NCBI GenBank assembly: GCA_963666345.1
Contig: OY762721.1
Location: 1,152,001 to 1,216,000 of the forward strand
From: Desulfatiglandales bacterium
Lineage (GTDB): Bacteria > Desulfobacterota > DSM-4660 > Desulfatiglandales > Desulfatiglandaceae
Length of the DNA: 64,000 nt
Direction: 5' to 3'
Of the stretch, positions 40,134-50,556 are shown in pieces. Position 1 is the first letter of the stretch; each line of letters begins with the position of its first letter. Below the pieces are notes generated by a model. That model was not told where the DNA came from, made no database searches, and was given only the letters and a program-made list of their open reading frames with translations. The position numbers and the translations under genes were made by a program.

Positions 40134-40403
40134 TTGATCTCCATGTATCTTTTGAAGCTTTACCTACCGGCAGTTTTATAAAGAACGGTCATAAATTTCA
40201 ATACTCTGTTTTAATTAGATGTTGCCTTCAGCTGTCAGGTATCAGCAAGTAGCCAACAAATTGATATCTCAAGAGTTTTACTGACTGCTGATAGCATGAG
40301 TCCATAAATCTTGATTTATGGATGAGCACTAATTAGCCTTTGCGAAAAAAAGGCGCCTCCCCCCATCTAAAGGAGGAAAAACGCCTGTTTATTGTCCTAA
40401 TTG

Positions 40404-41222
40404 TTAGAAAAGGGGCACATAACCTGCATCTTTTACAAACTTCTGACCCTTTTCAGGATTGATTACATAATTTATAAAATTGGCTGTTACACCTTTGGGC
40501 CACCCGGGGGTAAACATAAAAAGCGGCCTGCTTACCGGATAGGTACCGTTCAGCGTGGTGTCTTCAGATCCAACGATATTATTTACCGTAAGGGCCTTTA
40601 CTGTTTTGTCCATGTAGCCCAGACCTATGTAACCGACCGCGTTCTTATTCTTTGCCACCGCCTGAACCACGGCTCCGTTTGATGCCTGGAGAAGGGCGCC
40701 CGGAAAGACCCTCGCCTTCTTGAGCACTTTGTTGTGCCAGACCTCATATGTCCCGGAAGAGGTATCGCGCGATATCACGACTACGGGCCTGTCATCGCCA
40801 CCTATCTCCTTCCAGTTCTTGACCTTTCCCTCATAGATATCCTTGAGCCGGGCCATGGTTATATTCTTTACCGGATTTTCAGGATGGACAACCGGTACTA
40901 TGCAGTCGTAGGCGACCGCAAATGGGACCGGGTACACACCTTTTTCAACGGCAAGCGTTACCTCTTTGCTCTTTATGAACCTTGAGCTGTCCGCGATATC
41001 CGTGCTTCCGTCGATAAGGGCCTTGATGCCGTTACCTGAACCGCCGCCCGAGATGGTTATCTTTACATCCGGGTTTTCCTTCATATACGCCTCAGACACC
41101 TTCTGGGCAATAGGAAGGACAGTGGTTGATCCCTTGATTACAAGGTTTTCTGCCAGTGCCGCGTTACCCACCATAAGAATGCCGGCAACAAGTCCGATAA
41201 AAGAAAAAAGCTTTGATTTCAT
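40404..41222 (-). CDS. pstS: Phosphate-binding protein (likely start 41222)
   Basis: GSTTVLP, GGGSGNG, SRD.SSGT, YP.SRPL; GGAG RBS. Confidence 0.95.
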   Translation of the reverse strand: MKSKLFSFIGLVAGILMVGNAALAENLVIKGSTTVLPIAQKVSEAYMKENPDVKITISGGGSGNGIKALIDGSTDIADSSRFIKSKEVTLAVEKGVYPVPFAVAYDCIVPVVHPENPVKNITMARLKDIYEGKVKNWKEIGGDDRPVVVISRDTSSGTYEVWHNKVLKKARVFPGALLQASNGAVVQAVAKNKNAVGYIGLGYMDKTVKALTVNNIVGSEDTTLNGTYPVSRPLFMFTPGWPKGVTANFINYVINPEKGQKFVKDAGYVPLF

Positions 41223-41309
41223 ATTCTCCTCCAGATTTTTCAAATTAGTGGTTAAAAAAATTGGTTCCGCCATCAGACTGCTTAAACTCACAACTCAAAG
41301 ACAGGAAGA

Positions 41310-41342
41310 ATTTAAGAAAGGTTTGTTAGGGTTATGTTAGGG
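41310..41342 (-). promoter_or_regulatory. Candidate Pho box upstream of pstS
   Basis: Minus strand CTAACATAACC-CTAACAAACCT, direct repeats at 11-bp spacing. Confidence 0.55.
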
Positions 41343-41626
41343 AGCAATTAGGATTAAATGAAATCAAAAGGTTAAAGGATTTTACTTAGCGCCCCGAATT
41401 TGTCATCCCGGTGCTCACAAGGCACCAAATCACCCTCAAAAAGACAATCCATCCCCTGAGGTTTTGTCTCCGTTGATCAGTCTGAAATCATGCAAATAAC
41501 CTTATAACGGGCTCCGATGCCGTAGGGAAAAGGCAGAGGCCGCGCCCCCGGCAAGAAGGGCCATGACCTTTATCTATCTGATTTCAAGGGAGGTGAGGCG
41601 GATGAACTGAAGGAGGGGGAGGGGAA

Positions 41627-41932
41627 TCAATTCAGGTCAGTGGCATCCACAACCGGATGTCTTATACCGTACAGCATCTTGTTTATATCGAAATTTTTCT
41701 TTAACCACTCCTGTATCCTGCTGTCCAGCTCCTTTGGCATTCCTTTTCCCAGGACCTTGAATTCACTCCTGTTCTCCAGCCTGTTATAAAGGAACATGAC
41801 CCTTGTGGAGACATTGCCGTGGAAGCCGGTCGCCTCAGGATTTATAAGCTCAAATATCGTACAGAATTTATCAATATCTCTGCTTTCACACATTTTTTTC
41901 TCTCCATTTTTCAATTTCTCATCAATTGTCAC
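41627..41932 (-). CDS. Hypothetical protein
   Basis: 101-aa ORF 9 bp downstream of the acyltransferase gene, same strand. Confidence 0.5.
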   Translation of the reverse strand: MTIDEKLKNGEKKMCESRDIDKFCTIFELINPEATGFHGNVSTRVMFLYNRLENRSEFKVLGKGMPKELDSRIQEWLKKNFDINKMLYGIRHPVVDATDLN

Positions 41933-41941
41933 GGCCTGCTG

Positions 41942-43828
41942 TCACGCGCACTCGGCCAGGCATTTTTCACTATGGTATTTATGAAACTCTTCAGTACCCT
42001 CCTTTCCCATGTACCTGGAAAGTAGACGCTTGTCTGTCTCAATGAGATCAACAAAAATCAATGCGTCCAGTACGTCGCTGAAATTATGATCAATGTTGAA
42101 TTCAAGGATCTTTCCTCCCAGTCGAACATAATGCTTGAGTAGTATGGGGATACCCTTTTTATCCTCTTCAATCTCTGAAATGAGATCGGAAAGGCCCTGT
42201 ATATTAAGAGGCATGTTGAGCGCGGTCCTGATCTCCCGGCCCTTGATTTTTCTCCTTTTCAATGGGCTCCTCGCCTTTACATGGCGCGCAAGCTCCTTTT
42301 CCCGGTTATGAACCCTTAAGAATTCAACTATCAGCTGCCGGGAGACGGAACGGTAATCATTGGTTATACTGACGGGCCCGAAAAGGACTCTGTATCTCGG
42401 ATTGAGTGCCACATAACCGGCTATGCCCTTCCACAGGAGCATGAGCGGATGATAGGACCTCTGATATTCCGGCCTGATAAAAGACCTGCCCAGTTCGATG
42501 GCCGGATCACTCTGAGCCAGGAACCGTTTCCGGTAATGAAAAAGAGAGTGCGTGTAAAGCCCGTTCTTGCCGTACTCGGCAAGTATCCGGTCGGTAAGTC
42601 CCATACGATAGGCCCCTGCGATCTCCTGCCTTTCAAGGCTCCAGAGAAACACATGCAGGTAGTAGGAATCAAACCGGTCGAGATCCAGCTCTTTTCCGGT
42701 TCCTTCGCCCTCCTGCCTGAATGTTATTTCCCTGAGCCTGCCTATCTCACGTATTATATTGGGTATCTGCCGGGCCTCGGCCTGAAATACCGCGAATCTG
42801 TCCGTGTCTAAAAGCCTTTGCCCGGATGGGAGGGACTCCAGATCTTTCAGCAGACAATCCCTTGGTACGGGATCAATTATTGATTGATACTCATTTGTCC
42901 CGGCCTTTCTCCTTTTCGATACATTTTTCCTTAAGAATCCCTGCCTTGGAGGGCACAGCAGATAAGTCCTCATCCTGAGGTATTCCATAATCTCTTTGTC
43001 ACTCCGGAATTTATCAATCCTGTCAAAAGGGATCAGGTTGCCCACCTTGAGCAACACCTCTTTTTTGGACTTGTTGAGCATCTCCCTGGGCAGCATTATT
43101 GTCCTGAGCCTCGGATGAAGCAGCCCCGCCACCTGAAACAGCATGCTGTTTGATCCTGTAAAATGGACCGGCAGGACGGATGCGCCGGTCCTCCTTATGA
43201 TGCGGGCGATCATGTCCGTCCATTTGGGATCGGTTACCCCTCTCTTTGTGAATTGCATGTGAGACACTTCCCCGGAGGGGAAGACACAGGCCATGCCGCC
43301 CTGCCTGAGCCAGGACAGCACCTGCCTCATAGGTGCTATATTCGCCCTGACAGAATCGGCTCTACCAAAGGGATCAACAAATATGAACAGATCCCTGAGT
43401 TCAGGAATCCTGCCGAGCAGATAATTTGCCATCACCTTTACGTCGCTTCTTGCTGAAAGCAGCATCGAACTCAGGATTATCCCGTCAATACCTCCGAAAG
43501 GATGATTTGAGACAACAATAACAGGACCTTCCTTAGGTATCTTGAGAAGATCTCCATCAGACACTTCATAATTGATACCGAGAACCTCAAGCAGACTTTT
43601 AAGGAACTGGGGGGTATTTTCCGTGTTTGAAGCTCTCTTGTGGACCTTGCTCAATCTGTCAACAAGGAGAATTTTCTCTATGGCGCTTTTGGGAAAAGAC
43701 CTAAGTGTATGAAGTAAATGGGTTCGGCCCTCGGTTTCAGATTTATCAACGATCTCAAGATTATGCTTTTGCACCTGGAATCTCCTCTTTTCCGGTTTTC
43801 GCTGCATCATTTCCCGCCCCTGACTCAC
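41942..43828 (-). CDS. Bifunctional acyltransferase-GNAT, OlsF-like ornithine/amino lipid synthase
   Basis: N-terminal NHPFGGIDG (HxxxxD) and FP.GEVS; C-terminal IGRLRE.TF..GEG...DLD.FD, ELGRSF, L.LLWKGI. Confidence 0.85.
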   Translation of the reverse strand: MSQGREMMQRKPEKRRFQVQKHNLEIVDKSETEGRTHLLHTLRSFPKSAIEKILLVDRLSKVHKRASNTENTPQFLKSLLEVLGINYEVSDGDLLKIPKEGPVIVVSNHPFGGIDGIILSSMLLSARSDVKVMANYLLGRIPELRDLFIFVDPFGRADSVRANIAPMRQVLSWLRQGGMACVFPSGEVSHMQFTKRGVTDPKWTDMIARIIRRTGASVLPVHFTGSNSMLFQVAGLLHPRLRTIMLPREMLNKSKKEVLLKVGNLIPFDRIDKFRSDKEIMEYLRMRTYLLCPPRQGFLRKNVSKRRKAGTNEYQSIIDPVPRDCLLKDLESLPSGQRLLDTDRFAVFQAEARQIPNIIREIGRLREITFRQEGEGTGKELDLDRFDSYYLHVFLWSLERQEIAGAYRMGLTDRILAEYGKNGLYTHSLFHYRKRFLAQSDPAIELGRSFIRPEYQRSYHPLMLLWKGIAGYVALNPRYRVLFGPVSITNDYRSVSRQLIVEFLRVHNREKELARHVKARSPLKRRKIKGREIRTALNMPLNIQGLSDLISEIEEDKKGIPILLKHYVRLGGKILEFNIDHNFSDVLDALIFVDLIETDKRLLSRYMGKEGTEEFHKYHSEKCLAECA

Positions 43829-43987
43829 GAGACAGGCCCGTTCTTTTTCAAAAGAGAGCTTTCCTCTACCCTGTTTCTTATAGACTCAATCTGTTTTTCC
43901 CTCTTTTCAATTTCTCAAAAAAGCATCACCATAAATGAACCACAGGGTCTAAACAGGAGATACTGCTTCGGGCCCGCTTTTCCGGGT

Positions 43988-45766
43988 TCAGCCTGTATAG
44001 GGTATATAAATCGTGAAGGTGCTCCCCTTTCCGGGAATGCTTTCCACATCTATCCTTCCTCCATGGGCCTGGGCTATATGCTTTACTATGGCAAGGCCCA
44101 GGCCGGTTCCGCCAAGGAGCCTGCTTCTAGCCTTGTCCACCCTGTAAAACCGCTCAAAGAGCCGTGAGAGGTGCTCTTTTTTAATGCCGCGGCCATCGTC
44201 AGCCACCCTTATTACTACCTCCCCCTTTTCAACGGTCGTGCTTACCCTGATCGTACTCTTCTCATCGCTGTACTTGACGGCGTTGTCAATAAGGTTGGCA
44301 ATCGCCTGCTCAAGAAGAGTGGCATCCAGTCTGGTTACATAATCCCCTTCAGAACGGTATTCAATAGTTATATCCTTGGATGCGGCGCTGGACTCACACA
44401 GCTGTATGGCGGTCTTTATGACGCCCTTTACGCCTGCCTCGACAAAATCGATATTACCTTCGTCTCTTTCCTGTTCTATCCTGGACAGCTGCAGGAGATC
44501 CTCTATGATCGCCTCAAGACGCTGAACATGGCGCTCTATTATCTCAAGAAAACGCTCGGCATCCTCCCTGTTTTCCATGCCGGCATCCCTGAGGGTCTCC
44601 ACGAAACCCTTTATCGCGGTTATCGGAGTCTTTATTTCATGAGAGACATTGGCCACAAAATCACGCCTGACATTCTCGAGTCTTTTCATCTTCGATATGT
44701 CGTTTAACACCACAAGGGCGCCGATCATCTCGCCTGCCGCGTCCTTTAAAAGGGTCCCATGCCCCTTTATAAAGCGCTCCTTATCCGAGGAAAGAACGAT
44801 ATCCCTTTCAACAGGCTCATCACTTATCAGGGTGTCTTTTACAAACCGGTTAAGCATGCTGTTTCGGACCACTTCCTGAATGCTAAGCCCCTTCGCATCG
44901 GAGGGGTTGCACTCAAGCATCCTTCCTGCCGCGTGGTTAAGGCTTATGATCATTTCCTCCTTGTCCACCGCTATCACACCTTCCACCATGCTGGACAGGA
45001 TCGCCTCTATCTCGTTTCTCTGTCTTTTTACGGTCTCGATACGCTCATGAAGCTGGACAGCCATCCCTTTCATGGCCTCTGAAAGTCCTGATATCTCTTC
45101 GGTCCTGGTGACAGGGAGGCTGCATTCAAAATTCCCCTCTGCAAGGCAGACGGCGCTTTTTCTGATATGTTCGATCGGACGGCTTATACGCCGCGACACG
45201 ATCAGGCTCAGACCCGCGGCAACAAGGGCCATGAAAAGACCGCCATAGGCTATCTTTACCTCCAGCCGTCTGATCTCCGTATCAATGGAGTCGACGGGTA
45301 TAGAAGTGCGCACAACGGCCGCGATCTTCTCGTCCCTTTTCACCGGTATGCCAACATACATCAAATCCCTTTCAAGGGTATTGCTGTACCTGGTGGACCT
45401 TCCTATACCCTCTTTGAGGGCGCTGAGGAATTCAGGCCTTGTTATATGGTTATCCATCCTTGAAGGGACCTCCTCTGAATCACCCACAACTCTTCCGGAG
45501 GGCAAAATCACTGTAATTCTTGTTGAGGAGTCTTTCCCTGATATCTTGCAGAGCCGGTCGATCCCCTGTTCATCAAGAGGACCAAGCATACCCCTTATCT
45601 GAGATCTGAACAGATTGGCCCTTGCAGCAAGGTCGGAAGATGTCTGCTCCAGAAAAAAGTGTTTCATGGATCTTGAAGCATAACCTGTTACTGCAAAAAG
45701 TGATATTACCGTGATAAGAATATAGGAGGGATAAAGCTGCCACAGCAGCCGCCTTTTTTTTGGCAT
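43988..45766 (-). CDS. phoR: Phosphate regulon sensor kinase
   Basis: HAMP, PAS, DFVANVSHEIKTP, FERFYRVDKARSR..GGTGLGLAI. Confidence 0.92.
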   Translation of the reverse strand: MPKKRRLLWQLYPSYILITVISLFAVTGYASRSMKHFFLEQTSSDLAARANLFRSQIRGMLGPLDEQGIDRLCKISGKDSSTRITVILPSGRVVGDSEEVPSRMDNHITRPEFLSALKEGIGRSTRYSNTLERDLMYVGIPVKRDEKIAAVVRTSIPVDSIDTEIRRLEVKIAYGGLFMALVAAGLSLIVSRRISRPIEHIRKSAVCLAEGNFECSLPVTRTEEISGLSEAMKGMAVQLHERIETVKRQRNEIEAILSSMVEGVIAVDKEEMIISLNHAAGRMLECNPSDAKGLSIQEVVRNSMLNRFVKDTLISDEPVERDIVLSSDKERFIKGHGTLLKDAAGEMIGALVVLNDISKMKRLENVRRDFVANVSHEIKTPITAIKGFVETLRDAGMENREDAERFLEIIERHVQRLEAIIEDLLQLSRIEQERDEGNIDFVEAGVKGVIKTAIQLCESSAASKDITIEYRSEGDYVTRLDATLLEQAIANLIDNAVKYSDEKSTIRVSTTVEKGEVVIRVADDGRGIKKEHLSRLFERFYRVDKARSRLLGGTGLGLAIVKHIAQAHGGRIDVESIPGKGSTFTIYIPYTG

Positions 45767-45769
45767 TGT

Positions 45770-46459
45770 CTATTCCCTGAAACGATAACCGACCCCTCGG
45801 ACGGTTTCGATGTAGTTTCCGGCAGATCCCAGTTTTTTCCTCAAACCCACTACCTGCACATCGACCGAACGGTCGGTAACGGGATAGTCTTCTCCCTTTA
45901 CGGCGTCGACTATCTGAGACCTGGTAAATACCCATCCAGGCCTTCGGGCAAGATAGTTGAGGATACCGAATTCCGTGAAGGTCAACTCGACCGGGACTCC
46001 CTTTAAAAGCGCCTCATGCCTGCCTGGATGAATAACCAGGTCATGGATCCTGATAACCGAGTCATCCCCTGCCTTCTCTCTTACGCTGTTTCTTCTCAAG
46101 GCGGCTCGCACCCTTGCGATAAGAACCCTGGGGCTGAATGGTTTTGCAATATAGTCATCGGCTCCAAGCTCAAGGCCTGTAACCACATCCGCCTCCTCAC
46201 CTTTGGCGGTAAGCATCACTATAGGTATATGACTGGTCTTCTCATCGTTTTTGAGATATCTTGTCACATCAAGCCCGTCGATCCCCGGCAGCATAAGGTC
46301 AAGCACTATAAGATCAGGAGACTTGCCACGGGCGATCTGAAGGGCCTTTTCACCGGACCCGGCCATAAAGACCTCATAGCCTTCCCTTGTAAAATTAAAC
46401 CTCAGCAGTTCAAGGATATCTTCTTCATCGTCTACTACGAGAATCTTCTCTTTTGCCAT
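45770..46459 (-). CDS. phoB: Phosphate regulon response regulator (PhoB/PhoP type)
   Basis: Receiver plus winged helix; GLE.GADDY..KPFS, IETVRGVGY. Confidence 0.9.
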   Translation of the reverse strand: MAKEKILVVDDEEDILELLRFNFTREGYEVFMAGSGEKALQIARGKSPDLIVLDLMLPGIDGLDVTRYLKNDEKTSHIPIVMLTAKGEEADVVTGLELGADDYIAKPFSPRVLIARVRAALRRNSVREKAGDDSVIRIHDLVIHPGRHEALLKGVPVELTFTEFGILNYLARRPGWVFTRSQIVDAVKGEDYPVTDRSVDVQVVGLRKKLGSAGNYIETVRGVGYRFRE

Positions 46460-46505
46460 CCACTCATCCTTAAGATTTGATCATAGTATGACACATAATC
46501 AGCTA

Positions 46506-46550
46506 TTTTTGTTAGCATTCAGTGATTATTCTGTAAAGATTTTATTAAAT
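46506..46550 (-). promoter_or_regulatory. Candidate Pho box array upstream of phoB
   Basis: Minus strand TTAATA, TTTACA, ATCACT, CTAACA hexamers at 11-bp period. Confidence 0.4.
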
Positions 46551-46897
46551 ATCTATCTTAAGTAACTAGTGTCAGGAAAACCGGGCACCGGTTTACCCCT
46601 GAAAGGGAGCAGGCTGCCATGCCGGCCGCTGAAATACATGAGATTGAGGGATACTGACAAGTCAAAAAGCAGTGGAGCGAAGCGACTCCTTAATTTTAGG
46701 CACTTTCAATCTTATTTCATTATAGGCACTTATCCCCATTCACTCAAACAAAGCTGTTTTCCCCGACCCGCAGACAACCGGATTTTCTACAGTGAGACAA
46801 TGGATATCTTATTGACAGGAGCATCCGCCTCTTACAAAATACGTTGCTAACAATAGCTTGTACAGGCCGAAAACGCCATGATTGTAAGGAGAATAAA

Positions 46898-47131
46898 ATG
46901 GGCGAAAAATTCCTATGCCGCTGGTACGATGAGACTTCCGGAATGAAACGGGCCTATGACAGCGGGATGCTGGACATCAAATGGATAAGAGACTACTGCT
47001 GGAAAGAGGGCTCCGGCTGCGTAAGAAAAAAGCGCTTCGAGACCGAGGGTTATGTCTCGCCCGACTATGTGCTTCCCGACGGAACGGTCGATGAAAAACT
47101 TAAACAATGGGTTTTAGGGAAAAAAATGTGA
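46898..47131 (+). CDS. Small Cys-containing hypothetical protein
   Basis: AAGGAG RBS; C.WY, YC, C.R, PD..LPDG. Confidence 0.65.
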   Translation: MGEKFLCRWYDETSGMKRAYDSGMLDIKWIRDYCWKEGSGCVRKKRFETEGYVSPDYVLPDGTVDEKLKQWVLGKKM

Positions 47132-47625
47132 TGGAAATAAGGATCGTGCGCAGCAGAAGAAGAAAAAAAACCATTGAGGCAAGACAGATTGAAGGGCGTC
47201 TGGAGATCCTTGCTCCCGCCTTTATGACGGATGAGGAGCTGAGGCCGCACATCAAAAGACTTAAGACGCGCATCCTGAAACGTGTTGTGAAATCCGAACT
47301 GAATGACGGCTCCCTTCAAAAAAGGGCGGAGCTTCTGAACAAGCGCTATTTTGGAAACATGCTCAGATTGGACAGCATAAAATGGGTAACCAATCAGGAA
47401 AAGCGGTTCGGAAGCTGCACGCCTGGAAAAAGGAGCATCCGGATATCTCATATGATCTCCGCTATGCCCCGCTTTGTGATAGACTATGTCATCATTCATG
47501 AACTGGCACATCTTAAAGAAGCGAACCACGGCAGAAAATTCTGGGACCTTGTGTATCTTTTCCCAAAGGCGGAAAGAGCCAGGGGATATCTCATGGCGGT
47601 CGGTATGGAGCAGATGGAAGAATGA
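47107..47625 (+). CDS. YgjP/DUF45-type (M48/SprT-like) metallo-hydrolase (true start probably 47131)
   Basis: GSC, DYVIIHELAHL.E.NH...FW. Confidence 0.85.
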   Translation: MGFREKNVMEIRIVRSRRRKKTIEARQIEGRLEILAPAFMTDEELRPHIKRLKTRILKRVVKSELNDGSLQKRAELLNKRYFGNMLRLDSIKWVTNQEKRFGSCTPGKRSIRISHMISAMPRFVIDYVIIHELAHLKEANHGRKFWDLVYLFPKAERARGYLMAVGMEQMEE

Positions 47626-47803
47626 ATCGCACCTGTTTGCCTTTTATCTCACTTCCTCAGGCCATGCCTGCAAAGCTGTCATCCACTTGACTTCAACCTG
47701 ACATAATTATTATAATTGTAACCGGATATTTTTATTTTTTCTATACTTCCGGTTTCATTTCCGCATCTCTGTCCTTTCGGGCCTCATTGCAAAAGGGGGT
47801 ATC

Positions 47804-48394
47804 ATGATAACAGGAAAAAACATCAATCCCCGTTTTAAGGATCAGATTTTAGACGGCCTTATCCACATCATCATTTATCAGGACATGGAGATGAGGATAC
47901 AGTGGGCCAACAGGGCCGCTTTAGATCTTATCGGCCTGCCCCCGGAACAGGTGATTGGACGCAGATGTCATGAAGTCATCTTTGATACGAACCACCCTTG
48001 CAAGGATTGTGCGGTTAAAAGGGCACTTGCCTCAAACTCCACCGAGCATGGCGAAATGACAACCCCTGACGGCCGGACATGGCTTGTGACCGCCAATCCC
48101 ATTTTTGATGAACATGGAAATGTAATCGGGGCGGCGGGAATCTCAATCGACATAACAGAGGTAAAAAAACTCAGAGCTGAAAAGGAATCGCTGCTAAAGG
48201 CCCTTGAACAGGCTTCTCAAAAGGCAAAAACATTGGAGAACCTGATCCCCATATGCGCGGTGTGCAAAAGGATACGTGACGGCAAAGGGGCCTGGAATCA
48301 GGTCGAATCATATATCCAGGAACATTCCGATTTAAGATTCAGCCATTGTATCTGCCCTGAGTGCGCAAAAGAGCACTACAAGGATCTTCTCTAG
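47804..48394 (+). CDS. PAS-domain protein with C-terminal CxxC...CxxC domain
   Basis: PAS (GRRCHE...PC..C) plus IPICAVCKRIRD..G.W...FSHCICPEC. Confidence 0.8.
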   Translation: MITGKNINPRFKDQILDGLIHIIIYQDMEMRIQWANRAALDLIGLPPEQVIGRRCHEVIFDTNHPCKDCAVKRALASNSTEHGEMTTPDGRTWLVTANPIFDEHGNVIGAAGISIDITEVKKLRAEKESLLKALEQASQKAKTLENLIPICAVCKRIRDGKGAWNQVESYIQEHSDLRFSHCICPECAKEHYKDLL

Positions 48395-48465
48395 ACCCCA
48401 TCCGGACCTGTTTGACCATTACCTGGCAGGTGATCTGACCTGTACTGTAATCAAAGGTAAAAAAA

Positions 48466-49071
48466 ATGGCCGCTTCAAACAAGACCTTTGAAAAAACATA
48501 TGAGGGGTACCTGAACGCGGTAAACCGGGTTGATTTCAAGCCACTCAAGGAGAGGCTGGGCCTGACCTTATATGAAAGCGGAGTCGAAATCCCGCTGTTT
48601 GACGATTCATTCATGATCTCAAGTAACGGGATAACGGACAGCCAGGGGCAAAGGGCACCTCATGAAGTCTGTGTCGTCCTGTCAAGATACATACTTCTAT
48701 GTCCCGACCCGGCCCCGGAAAAAGGGAAGTTGACCTCATACAGGGATTTCAGGGATTCCGGTCCCTTGACCGTATACTTCGAAAATGACGTCGAAGGTGC
48801 CATAGCCGGCAGTTTTTCCTCAAGGCTGGATGAACTTGAAAAGGCATGCGGAAAAATCGGGGGAAGGCCTGGCAAGATCGAAGTAAAATACGACCTTTGC
48901 TTTACCTTTGATGCCCTTCCGAGGATTCCCCTTGTTCTTCTTTTTAACGATCTTGATGAAGAATTCCCGGCCGGCTGTTCAGTCCTGTTTGAAAGCAGCG
49001 CCGTAAGCTACCTGGACCCGGAATGCCTCGCCATGATAGGAAGGCTGCTTTATATTAAGCTGGCGGGATGA
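48466..49071 (+). CDS. DUF3786-like protein
   Basis: F.ALPRIP..L.F.D.DEEFPA...VLF....YLD.E.LA. Confidence 0.75.
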   Translation: MAASNKTFEKTYEGYLNAVNRVDFKPLKERLGLTLYESGVEIPLFDDSFMISSNGITDSQGQRAPHEVCVVLSRYILLCPDPAPEKGKLTSYRDFRDSGPLTVYFENDVEGAIAGSFSSRLDELEKACGKIGGRPGKIEVKYDLCFTFDALPRIPLVLLFNDLDEEFPAGCSVLFESSAVSYLDPECLAMIGRLLYIKLAG

Positions 49072-49083
49072 AAAGAAAAATCT

Positions 49084-50556
49084 TCATGACGCTTCAAGGC
49101 AGGTCTTGCTGAATTGTTTATCGATCGGCACCGGATAGTTACCGTCAAAGCAGGCGAGACATAGTTCATCCCTGGGTATGTGAGTGGCCTTGACCAGCTT
49201 GTCGATCCCAAGATATCCGAGGCTGTCGAGCCCGGCGAATTCCCTTATCTCATCCACCGATTTGCTGGCCGCTATCAACTCACCCCTTGTCGTAAAATCG
49301 ATACCGTAATGGCACGGGAAGCGGTGCGGGGGGCAGCTCACAAGCATGTGGATCTCCTTTGCCCCGATCTCCCTCAAGGTCTTTATCCTTGTCCGGGCTG
49401 TAGTACCCCTTATTATGGAGTCCTCGATTATAAGTACCCTTTTCCCCTTAAGGAGTTCCTTTACCGGATTCAGCTTAACCTTGACGCCGAAATCCCGCAT
49501 GCTCTGGGAGGGCTGTATAAAGGTCCTTCCCACGTAGTGATTCCTTATCATACCCATTTCAAGCGGAATTCCTGATGCCCTGGCGACACCGATGGCGGCA
49601 TAATTGCCCGAGTCGGGAAAAGGCATTACAAAATCCACCTTCCTGTCAAATCCCTCCGCGAGAAGTTCACCCTGCCTTTTGCGAAACTCGTATACATTCT
49701 GACCGAACACATTGCTGTCAGGCCTGGAAAAATATATGAGTTCGAATATACACTGGCTTTTTCGTGTCTTTTTCTCGAGGGGAATACTTTTTAGCCCCTT
49801 ATCATCTATCACTATTATCTCGCCGGGCTCAACCTCCCTCATATACTTCGCCCCGACCAGGTCGAAAGAACATGTCTCGGAGGCAACTACGTAACCCTTG
49901 TCCAGTTTCCCTATACAGAGAGGCCTGAATCCCTGAGGGTCCTTGCACGCTACAAGTTTGTCCTGAGTCATTATCAATACGGAATAGGCGCCCTTGATAG
50001 TTTTCATGGTATCGGCCATGGCATTTTCAAGACCGTTTTTGAGTGACTTGGCAAGAAGATGAAGTACGACCTCGCTGTCCATGCTGGTCTGAAATATGGA
50101 GCCCCTTTTTTCCAGTTCTTCTTTTATCTCACGCGCGTTAACCAGATTTCCGTTGTGAGCTATTGCCAGGGTATTGCCTGAATACTGGACCCTGAAAGGT
50201 TGGGCGTTAACCAGAAGAGACGATCCGGTCGTTGAGTATCTAACATGCCCCAGAGCCATATGGCCCTTGAGTTGATCGAGGATACTTTCGTTGAATATGT
50301 CATGTACAAGGCCCATGGCCTTGTGCTCGAGCACCCTTTGTCCGTCGGAGGTCATTATTCCGGCGCTTTCCTGGCCCCGGTGCTGAAGGGCGTAAAGGCC
50401 GAAATAGGTCAGTTTAGCGGCCTCCGGGTGCCCGTAAATGGCAAATATGCCGCATTCCTCTCTCGGCCGGCAAGGATTAAGACAGGACCTTTCCTCATCG
50501 GTATTCATATCTGCGGCCTGAGGCACGGCGCGGGGAAAAACAGGATCATCAGACAT
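49084..50556 (-). CDS. purF: Amidophosphoribosyltransferase
   Basis: EECGIF propeptide junction, [34 protein letters not shown]. Confidence 0.97.
   Translation of the reverse strand: MSDDPVFPRAVPQAADMNTDEERSCLNPCRPREECGIFAIYGHPEAAKLTYFGLYALQHRGQESAGIMTSDGQRVLEHKAMGLVHDIFNESILDQLKGHMALGHVRYSTTGSSLLVNAQPFRVQYSGNTLAIAHNGNLVNAREIKEELEKRGSIFQTSMDSEVVLHLLAKSLKNGLENAMADTMKTIKGAYSVLIMTQDKLVACKDPQGFRPLCIGKLDKGYVVASETCSFDLVGAKYMREVEPGEIIVIDDKGLKSIPLEKKTRKSQCIFELIYFSRPDSNVFGQNVYEFRKRQGELLAEGFDRKVDFVMPFPDSGNYAAIGVARASGIPLEMGMIRNHYVGRTFIQPSQSMRDFGVKVKLNPVKELLKGKRVLIIEDSIIRGTTARTRIKTLREIGAKEIHMLVSCPPHRFPCHYGIDFTTRGELIAASKSVDEIREFAGLDSLGYLGIDKLVKATHIPRDELCLACFDGNYPVPIDKQFSKTCLEAS

Noticed and set aside
40200..40340. 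Palindromic, repeat-like sequence between pstS and pstC (CCATAAATC-TT-GATTTATGG)
   Set aside because: Probably a small repeat remnant, but there is no second copy in the window to define it
46898..47131. Enzymatic assignment for the small Cys-rich ORF
   Set aside because: Too short and no catalytic motif that I can support
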